DNA of 64,000 nt from Acidimicrobiia bacterium (GTDB lineage: Bacteria > Actinomycetota > Acidimicrobiia > Spongiisociales > UBA5794): assembly GCA_036985855.1 (NCBI GenBank), contig BTQL01000001.1, positions 10,920 to 74,919 on the forward strand. The letters run 5' to 3'. The stretch's first letter is position 1, and the number at the start of each line of letters is the position of its first letter. The notes beneath the pieces are model-generated. The model saw only the letters and a list, made by a program, of their open reading frames with translations, did no database searches and was not told the origin of the DNA. A program made the translations under genes and the position numbers. Positions 41,424-50,720 of the stretch are shown here, one piece after another.

Positions 41424-42401
41424 GTGAGTAAGAGACCCGAGAAAGTCAGGGGCAAAACAACGCCTCGAGATGAAGAGCCGATCCCTGTCGAGATCGTCGA
41501 CCGTAGGAGTGCAATCAAGTATCTCGGTATGGGCGCCCTCGGTGCGGTTCCATTGATGGCATCTCCTCGGGTCATGGACGGACTCGTCCGCGACGTCGTC
41601 GCAGGAACGGCCACGGAAGACCAGGCTGGAGATGCCGGTCCTGCAAGGACCAAGTCCGGCCGGATTCGTCAGTGGACGATGATCATCGACCTGGCGAAGT
41701 GTGACGGATGCCAGAGCCAGGGAACCCCACCTTTGTGCACCTCAGCCTGCATCGAAGGACATCTCGCTCCCCAGCCGATGCAATGGATCGAGATCTACGA
41801 AGCTGAACTGGGCGGTGGCGGCACACAGTTCATCCCGACGCCCTGCATGCAGTGCGAGAACCCACCGTGCGTAAAGGTATGCCCGGTTGGGGCGACCTTC
41901 TCCACCCCGGAGGGAACAGTTCTCATAGACCAGGAACGGTGCATCGGCTGCCGCATCTGTATGCCAGCCTGCCCGTACGACCGACGGTTCTTCAACTGGG
42001 GTAACCCGCCAGTCCCCCCCGAGGCTGCCCTCGCCGACTACCAGCCAGAGCATCAGGTCGCCTCGATCCGAGGGACGGTATACAAGTGCGACTTCTGCAC
42101 GGAGACGGTCAGAGACGGAACGCTCCCTTTCTGCGTCCAGGCATGCCCGAACGATGCCATCTGGTACGGAGATCTCGAAGAGGACATCGCAACGAACGGC
42201 CGCACGATCGTCAAGGCATCTCGCATGCTCTCCGACAACAATGCCTATCGGCTCAAGGAAGACCTCGGTACCCAGCCAAGGGTCCACTACCTGCCGGGTC
42301 ATGGAGAAGACGTTGGCCGGCATCCTGAGGATGAGGGTCGAATGCCAACGGAGTGGCCATGGATCGAACGAGCCGAGGGATCAGTCACATGGACTCGATG
42401 A
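41424..42401 (+). CDS. Tat-exported 4x[4Fe-4S] ferredoxin subunit (NrfC/PsrB/DmsB-like)
   Basis: Twin-arginine motif DRRSAIKYLG. Cys groups CDGCQ..C..C, CMQCENPPCVKVCP, CIGCRICMPACP and CDFC..CVQACP. Confidence 0.85.
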   Translation: MSKRPEKVRGKTTPRDEEPIPVEIVDRRSAIKYLGMGALGAVPLMASPRVMDGLVRDVVAGTATEDQAGDAGPARTKSGRIRQWTMIIDLAKCDGCQSQGTPPLCTSACIEGHLAPQPMQWIEIYEAELGGGGTQFIPTPCMQCENPPCVKVCPVGATFSTPEGTVLIDQERCIGCRICMPACPYDRRFFNWGNPPVPPEAALADYQPEHQVASIRGTVYKCDFCTETVRDGTLPFCVQACPNDAIWYGDLEEDIATNGRTIVKASRMLSDNNAYRLKEDLGTQPRVHYLPGHGEDVGRHPEDEGRMPTEWPWIERAEGSVTWTR

Positions 42402-43801
42402 CGAACTGGCGCGAACGACTCATCGGTAAGACGACGAGACCAACCCTCGTCACCACGTATCGGTACTGGCTGTGGTTGGGATTCCTCATCGTGATCGTGG
42501 TCAACAGCGGCTACCAGTATTCGAGACAGTGGCAGAACGGTCTGTACGTCACCGACATGCGGGACCGGATCTCGTGGGGTCTCTACATCTCGGCGTTTGT
42601 GTTCTTCATCGGCATCAGCCATGCAGGAACACTGATCTCAGCGATCCTTCGGGTATCGAAGGCCACGTGGAGGGCGCCGATCACGAGGATCGCAGAGTTC
42701 ATCACGGCCGTTTCGTTGTTGGTAGGTGCCTCGTTCGTACTCATCGACATGGGTCGCCCAGACAGGATCTTCAACGTCTTCCGATACGGCCGATGGCAAT
42801 CCCCGATCATGTGGGACGTCATGGCGATCACGACCTACCTGACGGCAAGTGTCATTTATCTGTACGCACCGATGATCCCGGACCTCGGCCTGTACAGAGA
42901 CCGGCTCGCGAACAAGGTCGGTGTCGTACGTAACTTCCTGTACCGAACACTCGCACTGAACTGGAACGCACTGCCGCAACAGGTCAAGTTCCTTGGCAAG
43001 GCCATCACGATCATGATGCTGATCATCATGCCCATTGCGGTGTCTGTGCACACAGTCGTATCGTGGATCTTCTCGATGACCCTGCGCGCTGGATGGAACA
43101 CCAGCATCTTCGGCGTGCTGTTCGTTGCCGGGGCGATCTTCAGCGGCGTCGCAACGCTCATCCTCGTCATGGCCGTACTGAGACGGATCTACCACTGGGA
43201 GGAGTACCTCACTGAGCAACACTTCCTGTACCTGGGGTATCTGCTCGCAGCGTTCGGTGCGTTCATGATCTACGTGAACATCAACGAGTACCTGACCGAA
43301 GGATTCAAGCTCGAAGAAGCCGGAGAGTTCGCCTTCCGTCAACTGTTCGTCGAGGACTTCGCCGTCATGTTCTGGTTCTACATCATCGGGGGCCTCATCG
43401 GGCCCATCGTCTTGATGTTGATCCCGAAAACCCGCACAATCGCAGGCGTGATCGTGGCTGCGATCCTTGTCGACATAGCGATGTTCCTCGAGCGGTACTT
43501 CATCGTGGTGACGGGTCTCCGCGTTCCCCTCATGCCGTATGAGCCTGCGAGCTACTCGCCTACGTTCGTGGAGTGGTCGATCTTCGCAGGAGGTTTGGCG
43601 TTCTTCGCGTTGCTGCTCACCGTTGCGGTCAAGATCTTCCCCATGCTCGCGGTGTGGGAAATGACCGAGGAACACGAGAAGATGCTTGCCCGCGACCATA
43701 CCGGGCAGCCACTGAAACACGAGGCGGACGTCGCTCTGTCCGGCGGACCGGCAGAGAGGTCGCCGGACCAGGGAGATCTCCACCGGGGAGGTGCATCGTG
43801 A
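42398..43801 (+). CDS. NrfD/PsrC-family polytopic quinone-interacting membrane subunit
   Basis: About 10 hydrophobic helices over 467 aa. ATG at 42398 forms an ATGA overlap with the ferredoxin stop. The position after an NrfC-like gene is typical. Confidence 0.75.
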   Translation: MTNWRERLIGKTTRPTLVTTYRYWLWLGFLIVIVVNSGYQYSRQWQNGLYVTDMRDRISWGLYISAFVFFIGISHAGTLISAILRVSKATWRAPITRIAEFITAVSLLVGASFVLIDMGRPDRIFNVFRYGRWQSPIMWDVMAITTYLTASVIYLYAPMIPDLGLYRDRLANKVGVVRNFLYRTLALNWNALPQQVKFLGKAITIMMLIIMPIAVSVHTVVSWIFSMTLRAGWNTSIFGVLFVAGAIFSGVATLILVMAVLRRIYHWEEYLTEQHFLYLGYLLAAFGAFMIYVNINEYLTEGFKLEEAGEFAFRQLFVEDFAVMFWFYIIGGLIGPIVLMLIPKTRTIAGVIVAAILVDIAMFLERYFIVVTGLRVPLMPYEPASYSPTFVEWSIFAGGLAFFALLLTVAVKIFPMLAVWEMTEEHEKMLARDHTGQPLKHEADVALSGGPAERSPDQGDLHRGGAS

Positions 43802-44805
43802 TTTGCCGTCACATCCAGTTCATCGTGCGTGTTTCAGTCTCGGTCTTCGCTGTTTTGGCGATACTGACCATGGCTACGTCCGCCTACGCAGCTGAGATCG
43901 GGATCAGCGTCGGTGCCCCTGAACGGGCCTCTGTCGGGCAAAACGTCGAGGTCAAAGCTGTGTTGTCTGAGAACGGAGTCCCCTTGGAAGGCGCTGAGGT
44001 CGCCTTGACGTACCAAGCATCGATGGCCGGAGAATCGGCCAGAGTCGAACTCGCGACGGCAATCACCGACGAAACAGGAACCGCGGTGATGATCTACCAG
44101 CAGCGGGCGGACGACAACCGCGAGATGCGCGTTGTCTATCTTGGGCCCGGAACCGATCCGGTAGAGCCATACGTCTTCACGATCGCCGTCGAACCGGGCG
44201 GCGAGCAACTGTATCGGTCGGAATCCGGAGTCGAGATCCCGTTCGTGAATGGCACGTTGGTGATTCTCGTTATCGCCACTGTGTGGTTTCTGATCGCCCT
44301 TGCAGGCGTCTACCTCGTCCGTGTAGGAAAAGCGGGACAACTGGTAGAGACACCGACCGGCGAGGACGGCTCGATGTGGATCAGCGTGCTGCTCGCATCC
44401 GCGGCAGTGTTCACCGCCATCGGCATGGTGATCGTGTTCGTCAGGGCTCCGGTGTCGAACGCGGACGTCACGGACCCGGAACGGTATGACCGTACGCCAA
44501 TCGTGTACATCGACAGCACGTATCCCTACGAAGGGTTCGGTCTCAACGATGAGTCGGTCGCGCAGACCGGCGACCCGATCAAGGACGGAGGCGCGCTCTA
44601 CTTCAAGTATGGGTGTGCCGCGTGTCACGGTCTCAACGGACAGGGCGCAGTGGTGGGCCCGACGCTCGTGGACGAGATCGGATCCTTCGGGAGCTTCAGC
44701 GAGGATGTGAGAGAAGGCACCAGGGGGATGCCCGAATACCACGACGTCACGATCTCAGACGAGAACCTCCAGAAGATCTACGCCTATCTCAAAGAGGGAC
44801 GCTAA
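43798..44805 (+). CDS. membrane-anchored monohaem c-type cytochrome with an N-terminal extracytoplasmic domain
   Basis: GTG at 43798 (GTGA overlap, ggggagg RBS). Signal/anchor VFAVLAILTMATSAYA, two internal TMs, then C-terminal YFKYGCAACHGLNGQG with a downstream Met (RGMPEY). Confidence 0.7.
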   Translation: MICRHIQFIVRVSVSVFAVLAILTMATSAYAAEIGISVGAPERASVGQNVEVKAVLSENGVPLEGAEVALTYQASMAGESARVELATAITDETGTAVMIYQQRADDNREMRVVYLGPGTDPVEPYVFTIAVEPGGEQLYRSESGVEIPFVNGTLVILVIATVWFLIALAGVYLVRVGKAGQLVETPTGEDGSMWISVLLASAAVFTAIGMVIVFVRAPVSNADVTDPERYDRTPIVYIDSTYPYEGFGLNDESVAQTGDPIKDGGALYFKYGCAACHGLNGQGAVVGPTLVDEIGSFGSFSEDVREGTRGMPEYHDVTISDENLQKIYAYLKEGR

Positions 44806-45947
44806 GGAGCCGGATCGGAAGCTCCCAGTACAGGGATTCGAGCCTCGACGATTGTTCCGCGCCCGTGATCGGAGTCGATGTTGAGGTCACCCCCGGCACG
44901 CTTGACCCTCGTACGCATGTTCGCAAGGCCGAGCCCCCACGGTGCGCTGGCGACGTCGAAGCCGTGACCGTTGTCCGTGACCCCCAGGAAGAGTGAACGC
45001 TCATCCGCAGAGAGAGCGACCTCGATCGCCGTTGCACCTGAGTGACGAATCGCATTCGAAACGCTCTCCCTCACGATCTGGAGCACGTCGTCGATCAAGG
45101 AGAGATCGAGCTCGGGAACACTCCCCTGAACGGACACGGTAGTAGGGACATCGTATGGCCCTCCGAGTCTGTCGACCAATTCTTCGATCTCCACGGCGAG
45201 GGAACCTCTTCTGGGGAGATCACCATGAAGGTCGTAGATCAATCTGCGGAGTTCGGCAATCGATGCGTCGATGGCGACCGCAGCGTCATCCATCGCAGCA
45301 CGCATGCCTGCGTCATCAGCAGCAGCTACCGACCGTGCCTGAAGATCGAGGCCGACAGCGAACAGGTTCTGAATGATCGAATCATGGACATCGCGCGCGA
45401 TCCGGTCGCGGTCTTCCCTGACGGCGCTGTCACGTAACTCCTGCGCCATGCGAATGGAGTCGATTCCAGCTCCCGCGGCAACCGCGAGTGCCTTCATCGC
45501 AAGCTCATCTTGTTCATCGAAACCGCCGGGCTTCTCAGTGACGTACAGATTGCCGAAGATCCTGTCCCTCACCATGACAGGCACGCCGAGAAACGACGAC
45601 ATGTCCGGATGAGCCGAGGGAGTGCCGGTGTACGCGGAGTGTTGCGTTATATCATCCACACGCACTACCTCCCCATGGCGTGTTATGTCGCCGAGAAGCC
45701 CGCGTCCAACTGGTGGATCTCCGATACCGACCGCCACAGACGACGACACCCCCCTGTGGTGGAACTCTGAGATGGTACCGTGCCTATCAATCACACCAAG
45801 GGCGCCGTAGCGGGCGTTCGTCAGCTCGATGGCGGTATCGATGGTCGTCGTGAGAAGGGACTGCAGATCCACCTGCTCGACGATGGACGACGTACGCTCG
45901 ATCAGAAGTAGTAGGTCATCACGCCGACCATCGGGATCCTGCATCAT
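44802..45947 (-). CDS. cytoplasmic GAF-domain sensor histidine kinase (HisKA_3 type)
   Basis: GAF-like N-terminus (ELTNARYGALGVID..FLGVPV..FGNLYVTE), H-box DRDRIARDVHDSIIQNLF, HATPase (DNGHGF, GLGLANMRTRV). ATG at 45947 chosen because the longer ORF overlaps the divergent regulator gene. Confidence 0.8.
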   Translation of the reverse strand: MMQDPDGRRDDLLLLIERTSSIVEQVDLQSLLTTTIDTAIELTNARYGALGVIDRHGTISEFHHRGVSSSVAVGIGDPPVGRGLLGDITRHGEVVRVDDITQHSAYTGTPSAHPDMSSFLGVPVMVRDRIFGNLYVTEKPGGFDEQDELAMKALAVAAGAGIDSIRMAQELRDSAVREDRDRIARDVHDSIIQNLFAVGLDLQARSVAAADDAGMRAAMDDAAVAIDASIAELRRLIYDLHGDLPRRGSLAVEIEELVDRLGGPYDVPTTVSVQGSVPELDLSLIDDVLQIVRESVSNAIRHSGATAIEVALSADERSLFLGVTDNGHGFDVASAPWGLGLANMRTRVKRAGGDLNIDSDHGRGTIVEARIPVLGASDPAP

Positions 45948-46005
45948 CTCACGATAGGCACAGGTGGTGCCAGAGGCTCCGCAGGCTTCTCGATATGCTG
46001 GAGCC

Positions 46006-46689
46006 ATGGATAACAGAACATTCCGCATCGTGCTCGTTGATGACCATGATGTCGTTCGGGCTGGACTGAAATCCGTCTTCGACAATGCGAAAGACCTCGA
46101 AGTCGTGGGTGAAGCTGGTACCTCGAGCGAGGCGATACGCCGAGTGGGACTCGACCTGCCCGATATTGTGGTTCTGGACGTGCGCCTGCCAGATGGATCG
46201 GGGATCGACGTCTGTCGCGAGATCAAGAGACGATGGCCTGCAACAGGCGTACTCATCCTCACCTCATACGCCGACCAGGATGCTTTGATCGAAGCATTCG
46301 ACGCCGGAGCCTCCGGTTACATCCTCAAACGTGTCGATTCCGCCGGACTCGTTGAGACGGTGAGAAGGGTCGGGCAGGGTCAGAAGGAGTTCGGCGACGC
46401 GCTCGACGCCGCCCTCGCAAGCAGAATCCGATCGAGCGGACAGGCTCCAGGAAAGCTCGATCGGTTGAGTCTCCAGGAGAGGAAGGTCCTTGACCTTCTC
46501 GCACAGGGCAGGTCGAACAAGCAGATCGCCGAACAGATGTTTCTGTCGGACAAGACGATCAAGAACTACGTCTCGCACATCCTCTCGAAGCTCGAGATGA
46601 CTTCGCGCACCGAGGCAGCAACCTACGCGACGAATATCGAAGCCGAACGCAGGGCGAGATATGCCCCGGAGGACTGGGTCACCGACTGA
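46006..46689 (+). CDS. NarL/FixJ-family response regulator
   Basis: FRIVLVDDH.., VLDVRLPDGSG, ILKR; HTH NKQIAEQMFLSDKTIKNYVSHIL. Confidence 0.9.
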   Translation: MDNRTFRIVLVDDHDVVRAGLKSVFDNAKDLEVVGEAGTSSEAIRRVGLDLPDIVVLDVRLPDGSGIDVCREIKRRWPATGVLILTSYADQDALIEAFDAGASGYILKRVDSAGLVETVRRVGQGQKEFGDALDAALASRIRSSGQAPGKLDRLSLQERKVLDLLAQGRSNKQIAEQMFLSDKTIKNYVSHILSKLEMTSRTEAATYATNIEAERRARYAPEDWVTD

Positions 46690-46704
46690 AACCGAGATTC
46701 GAGT

Positions 46705-48099
46705 TCACGAGGCCAACTCGTCGATGAGTTCCCAGAGCGCTTCGACGTGACGCCCATCGGTGCATGTCTGTCCGATCGAAACTCGGATGAACCAGGTATC
46801 GCCGATTTGTGAAGGCGTAACAGCGACATCGCCTGTCTCGTTGAGGTCATCGGCAAGCTGTCGTGTCGCTTCATTGCCACCAACGTGGGTGAAACACACG
46901 AGCCCGAAGGGATGCGGGGCGAACAACTCGAATCGATCATCCATCTCGACCCATGTCGCGAATCGATTCGCAAGGGCGACATGATCCCTCACCATGGCCC
47001 TGAGGCCTACCGCTCCGTAGTACCGAAGCACCCACCACAGTTTCAGCGAGCGAAACCGCCTCCCGAGCGGCACATGCCAATCTCTGTAGTCGACCACGTC
47101 ACCGCCGGCAGAGGCAGCGTTCCTGAGGTACGGCGGGAGGATGCTCATCGTGTCGATGAGCGGCTTGCGGTTTGCCACCCATAGAACGTTGCAGTCGAAG
47201 TTCACCATCATCCACTTGTGCGGGTTGAATGTGTAGCTATCGACTCGCGCGAGTGCAGGCTGGTACACCCGGAACTCGTCACAGATCATCGCGGTACCGG
47301 CGTACGCGGCGTCGACGTGATGCCACAATCGGTGCGCCTCTGCGATATCCGCGATGGCACCTATCGGGTCGACAGCCGTCGTACCTGTTGTGCCCACCGC
47401 TGATACCACGGCGACGGGAAGCAGGCCTCTTGCAACATCGTCGGCGATCGCAGCCTCGAGCGCGACAGGGTCCAGTGCGAACGACTCGTCGACGTCCACC
47501 TTGGAACAGTGACCGATGCCAGCAACGGTGCACCCCTTTTCAATCGAAGAGTGGGCTTGGCTGGACGCATACACGACCATCCGCTCGGCCGATGCGTCCT
47601 CACGCCGTTGATGCCTGGCCACCACCAGAGCAGCATGAGTGGAGTCGGACGCACTCATCTGGATCACGCCACCACCTGGACCAGCGGACTTCCAACCTTG
47701 GGGGAGACCCATCAGATCGACGAGCCAGTCGAGAACCCTGGTTTCTATCTCTGTGGCAGCAGGTGACGTCGACCACAACATGCCTTGTTGGCCGAGCCCG
47801 GAAGCGGCGAGCTCCGCGAGAATCGACGGTCCGGAGACATTCGCCGGAAAGTATGCGAACCAATTCGGTGACTGCCAGTGCGTGATGCCCGGCATCACGA
47901 CCTCGTCCAGGTCAGAAAGAATGGCAGCGAACCCATCGCTTCCCTCTGGAGCACGATCCGGTAGCATCGCTGCGATATCTCCAGGTGCGACCCCGGGAAG
48001 GACACGAAGTTCTTCGACTCGTTCCATGTAGCCAGCCAACCAGTCGATCACGGCATACCCGTTCTCGCGGAACTCTTCCGGTGTCATGTGCATGCGCAT
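46705..48099 (-). CDS. PLP-dependent group II decarboxylase (aromatic-L-amino-acid decarboxylase-like)
   Basis: HWQSPNWFAYFP, SASDSTH, PLP-lysine motif FNPHKWMMVNFDC. Confidence 0.85.
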   Translation of the reverse strand: MRMHMTPEEFRENGYAVIDWLAGYMERVEELRVLPGVAPGDIAAMLPDRAPEGSDGFAAILSDLDEVVMPGITHWQSPNWFAYFPANVSGPSILAELAASGLGQQGMLWSTSPAATEIETRVLDWLVDLMGLPQGWKSAGPGGGVIQMSASDSTHAALVVARHQRREDASAERMVVYASSQAHSSIEKGCTVAGIGHCSKVDVDESFALDPVALEAAIADDVARGLLPVAVVSAVGTTGTTAVDPIGAIADIAEAHRLWHHVDAAYAGTAMICDEFRVYQPALARVDSYTFNPHKWMMVNFDCNVLWVANRKPLIDTMSILPPYLRNAASAGGDVVDYRDWHVPLGRRFRSLKLWWVLRYYGAVGLRAMVRDHVALANRFATWVEMDDRFELFAPHPFGLVCFTHVGGNEATRQLADDLNETGDVAVTPSQIGDTWFIRVSIGQTCTDGRHVEALWELIDELAS

Positions 48100-48168
48100 T
48101 CAGTCCACAGTAGACGGTTCACCGATGACGGTCGGAAACGGATGCTGAGAGCTGTCGACCGGAACCGG

Positions 48169-48702
48169 TTATCGCAGATAGTCCAGTAGATCTCGCATCA
48201 TGAAGGCCGTCGCGCCCCAGAGGATGCCTTCAGGGAATTCAAAGAACCAGAGCTGATGCCCGAACCAGTCGCGAGATATCCATCGAGACTCATCCAGCAG
48301 CTCCGCGAGCGTGGGTTCGATTATCACATCAACTTCCCTTGGATCGGCAATGAACTCCTCAGGTCGGGAGATGCGGGCCACGACCGGTACGATAGGTTTG
48401 GAGCGATTTCTGGTGGTAACGGGCTTCAAGGCGCCAAGTATCTCGAGAATGTTCTCCGGAGGAAGGCTGATCTCCTCCCATGCCTCACGTTTTGCAGTAT
48501 CGATCGGCTCCTCACCGTCTTCACGGTGACCCCCGGGGAAGACCACATCGCCCGGGTGGGTAGGCATGTGATCAGGGCGTCTAGTCAGGACGACCCGAAT
48601 CTCGCCGTTGTCGTCTTCGTACAATGGAACCAACACTGCGTATTCAGCTCCGGGAGCGTCAACAACCGGGGGAAGTGACTGCAACAGCGACCATGTCTCC
48701 AT
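48169..48702 (-). CDS. NUDIX hydrolase, CoA pyrophosphatase-like
   Basis: Nudix box GGHREDGEEPIDTAKREAWEEISL, preceded by VVLTRR..HPGDVVFPGG. Confidence 0.75.
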   Translation of the reverse strand: METWSLLQSLPPVVDAPGAEYAVLVPLYEDDNGEIRVVLTRRPDHMPTHPGDVVFPGGHREDGEEPIDTAKREAWEEISLPPENILEILGALKPVTTRNRSKPIVPVVARISRPEEFIADPREVDVIIEPTLAELLDESRWISRDWFGHQLWFFEFPEGILWGATAFMMRDLLDYLR

Positions 48703-48733
48703 TGGGCGAGCTTATCCGGATAGGCTGGGTTCC

Positions 48734-49333
48734 ATGGCGACGCACGTACACAGCCAACCGCGCTACACGAAACGCCTGATGCTTCGACCATTCCGGCGCA
48801 GAGACGTCGCACCGATGCACGAAGCGGTATCAGCGTCGCTCGATGATCTCCAGCCATGGCTGCCATGGGCAGAGGGTTACGACAGGGGCTCGGCCCAGAG
48901 ATTCATTCGTGAATCGGTCGGTGCGTGGGCAGAAGGACGCGCTTTCGATTTCACGATCCGAGTGATCGACGACCCGAACCGCCACATTGGAAATGTCTCT
49001 GTCTGGCCAACGTCCCAACAGAACCACATCGGTGAGGTCGGCTATTGGATCAGATCGGACGAAACCGGCCGTGGATTCGGTGCTGAGGCGACAACGAGGG
49101 CCATGCAAGTGGGTTTCGAAGAGATGAGGCTCCACAAGGTGCAGCTCCGGATCGCTGTGGGGAACATCGCTTCGGACCGTATCGCCGAAAAGCTCGGCTT
49201 CATCCAGGAGGGAATCCTGCGTGACGAGGTGAAGGTGGGGTCCGAGTGGCTCGATCACACGATCTGGTCGATGCTCGAGCAAGAGTGGTGGTCACACCGC
49301 GAACGACACCAAGCCGAGGGAACGATCTCCTGA
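48734..49333 (+). CDS. GNAT N-acetyltransferase (RimJ/RimL-like)
   Basis: RLMLRPFRRRDV.., IGEVGYWIRSDETGRGFGAEA, NIASDRIAEKLGF. ATG at 48734; the upstream extension overlaps the Nudix gene. Confidence 0.8.
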   Translation: MATHVHSQPRYTKRLMLRPFRRRDVAPMHEAVSASLDDLQPWLPWAEGYDRGSAQRFIRESVGAWAEGRAFDFTIRVIDDPNRHIGNVSVWPTSQQNHIGEVGYWIRSDETGRGFGAEATTRAMQVGFEEMRLHKVQLRIAVGNIASDRIAEKLGFIQEGILRDEVKVGSEWLDHTIWSMLEQEWWSHRERHQAEGTIS

Positions 49334-49431
49334 CCATGGACGGCGACCGGTAACGGCGCTGCTCTCCGTACACGGTCTACCGTAAGCGGGCGAACCGTCT
49401 ACCTCGTGCAGCGACTGAATGGAGAGCTCCC

Positions 49432-50580
49432 ATGCGAATCGGAATCCTGACGGGTGGGGGCGACGTTCCCGGACTCAATCCGTGCATCAAGGCTGTCGTC
49501 AACCGTGTGGCCGACCAGGGTCACGATGTCATCGGGTTTCGAAGAGGTTGGGGCGGACTCCTCAATTTCGATCCCGATGATCCGGTTTCGCGAAATGAGA
49601 ACACCATCGATCTTGATCCCGGAGTCGTTCGGACCATTGACCGCACTGGTGGAACGTTCCTCCACACGAGCCGATTCCATCCGGGGAGGGTTCGACCCGC
49701 AGAGGTACCTGAATTCCTCGCGGATCAAGCGAAAGGTGACGGTCCCTACGACTTCACCGACCACTCTCTTCGAGTGCTCAGTGCACTCGCGGTAGATGTT
49801 CTGATTCCGATCGGCGGAGACGACACGCTGTCATACGGGCTTCGGATGCATCAGGAAGGCGTTCCGGTGATCGCGATTCCAAAGACGATGGACAACGATG
49901 TCCACGGAACGGACTACTGCATCGGGTTCTCCACCGCCGTCACGCGGGGCGTCGATTTCATCCACGATCTCCGCACGAGCACGGGCAGCCACGAACGAAT
50001 CGCTGTCGTTGAGCTGTTTGGAAGGTACTCGGGCGAGACCAGCCTGATCACGGCCTATCTGGCCGGCGTGGACCGAGCGGTCATCTCGGAAGTTCCATTC
50101 GATGTGGAGAGGCTTGCCAACATGCTCGTCGAGGACAAACGAAGAAACTCATCGCACTACGCGATGATGACCATCTCTGAAGGTGCACATCTTGCGGACG
50201 GAGAAATGGTTCTCAGCGGCGACGCCGATGCTTACGGTCACCGCAAGCTCGGTGGCATCGGCGCGATCACGGGGTCACTCCTCACAGAACTGACGGGAGA
50301 GAACATCATCTACCAGCAGGTGGGCTACCTGATGCGGTCCGGGCGACCTGACTCTCTCGACCTCATGGTGGCCACCAACTATGCCAACATGGCGGCGGAC
50401 CTCGCCCTCGAGGGCTCGGCCGGCCGCATGGTTGCGCTGCGAGGCGGTACGTACACCAACGTCCCCATCACCGAGACGAGCGAGGGAGTCAAGCGTGTCG
50501 ACGTCGACGAGCTCTACGACTCCGAGTCGTATCGACCCAAGATCAGGCACGTCATGGGAAAGCCCATGTTCCTCTATTGA
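49432..50580 (+). CDS. pfk: 6-phosphofructokinase (PfkA family; residues suggest a PPi-dependent type)
   Basis: [43 protein letters not shown]. Confidence 0.9.
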   Translation: MRIGILTGGGDVPGLNPCIKAVVNRVADQGHDVIGFRRGWGGLLNFDPDDPVSRNENTIDLDPGVVRTIDRTGGTFLHTSRFHPGRVRPAEVPEFLADQAKGDGPYDFTDHSLRVLSALAVDVLIPIGGDDTLSYGLRMHQEGVPVIAIPKTMDNDVHGTDYCIGFSTAVTRGVDFIHDLRTSTGSHERIAVVELFGRYSGETSLITAYLAGVDRAVISEVPFDVERLANMLVEDKRRNSSHYAMMTISEGAHLADGEMVLSGDADAYGHRKLGGIGAITGSLLTELTGENIIYQQVGYLMRSGRPDSLDLMVATNYANMAADLALEGSAGRMVALRGGTYTNVPITETSEGVKRVDVDELYDSESYRPKIRHVMGKPMFLY

Positions 50581-50600
50581 AAAGCCCATGTTCCTCTATT
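50559..50600 (+). repeat. 22-bp period tandem duplication spanning the pfk stop codon
   Basis: aaagcccatgttcctctatt at 50559-50578 and again at 50581-50600. Confidence 0.9.
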
Positions 50601-50720
50601 CAGATATCAGATACCGGATGTCAGAACGAACTATCCCGCGGCCATCGAAGGCGCTGCATGCGCCCTGCCCCAATCCAGATGATTCATGAGCGGTGAGGCT
50701 CTGAACGGAGAACGAGAGCA

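Noticed and set aside
42638-43783. 381-aa minus-strand ORF antisense to the NrfD-like gene
   Set aside because: It is extremely rich in Arg, Asp, His and Glu with no hydrophobic core, while the plus strand encodes a coherent polytopic membrane protein.
45948-46262. N-terminal 105-aa extension of the GAF kinase ORF
   Set aside because: It is a Ser/Thr/Arg/Pro-rich low-complexity stretch that overlaps the divergent response-regulator gene. The GAF domain starts after the ATG at 45947.
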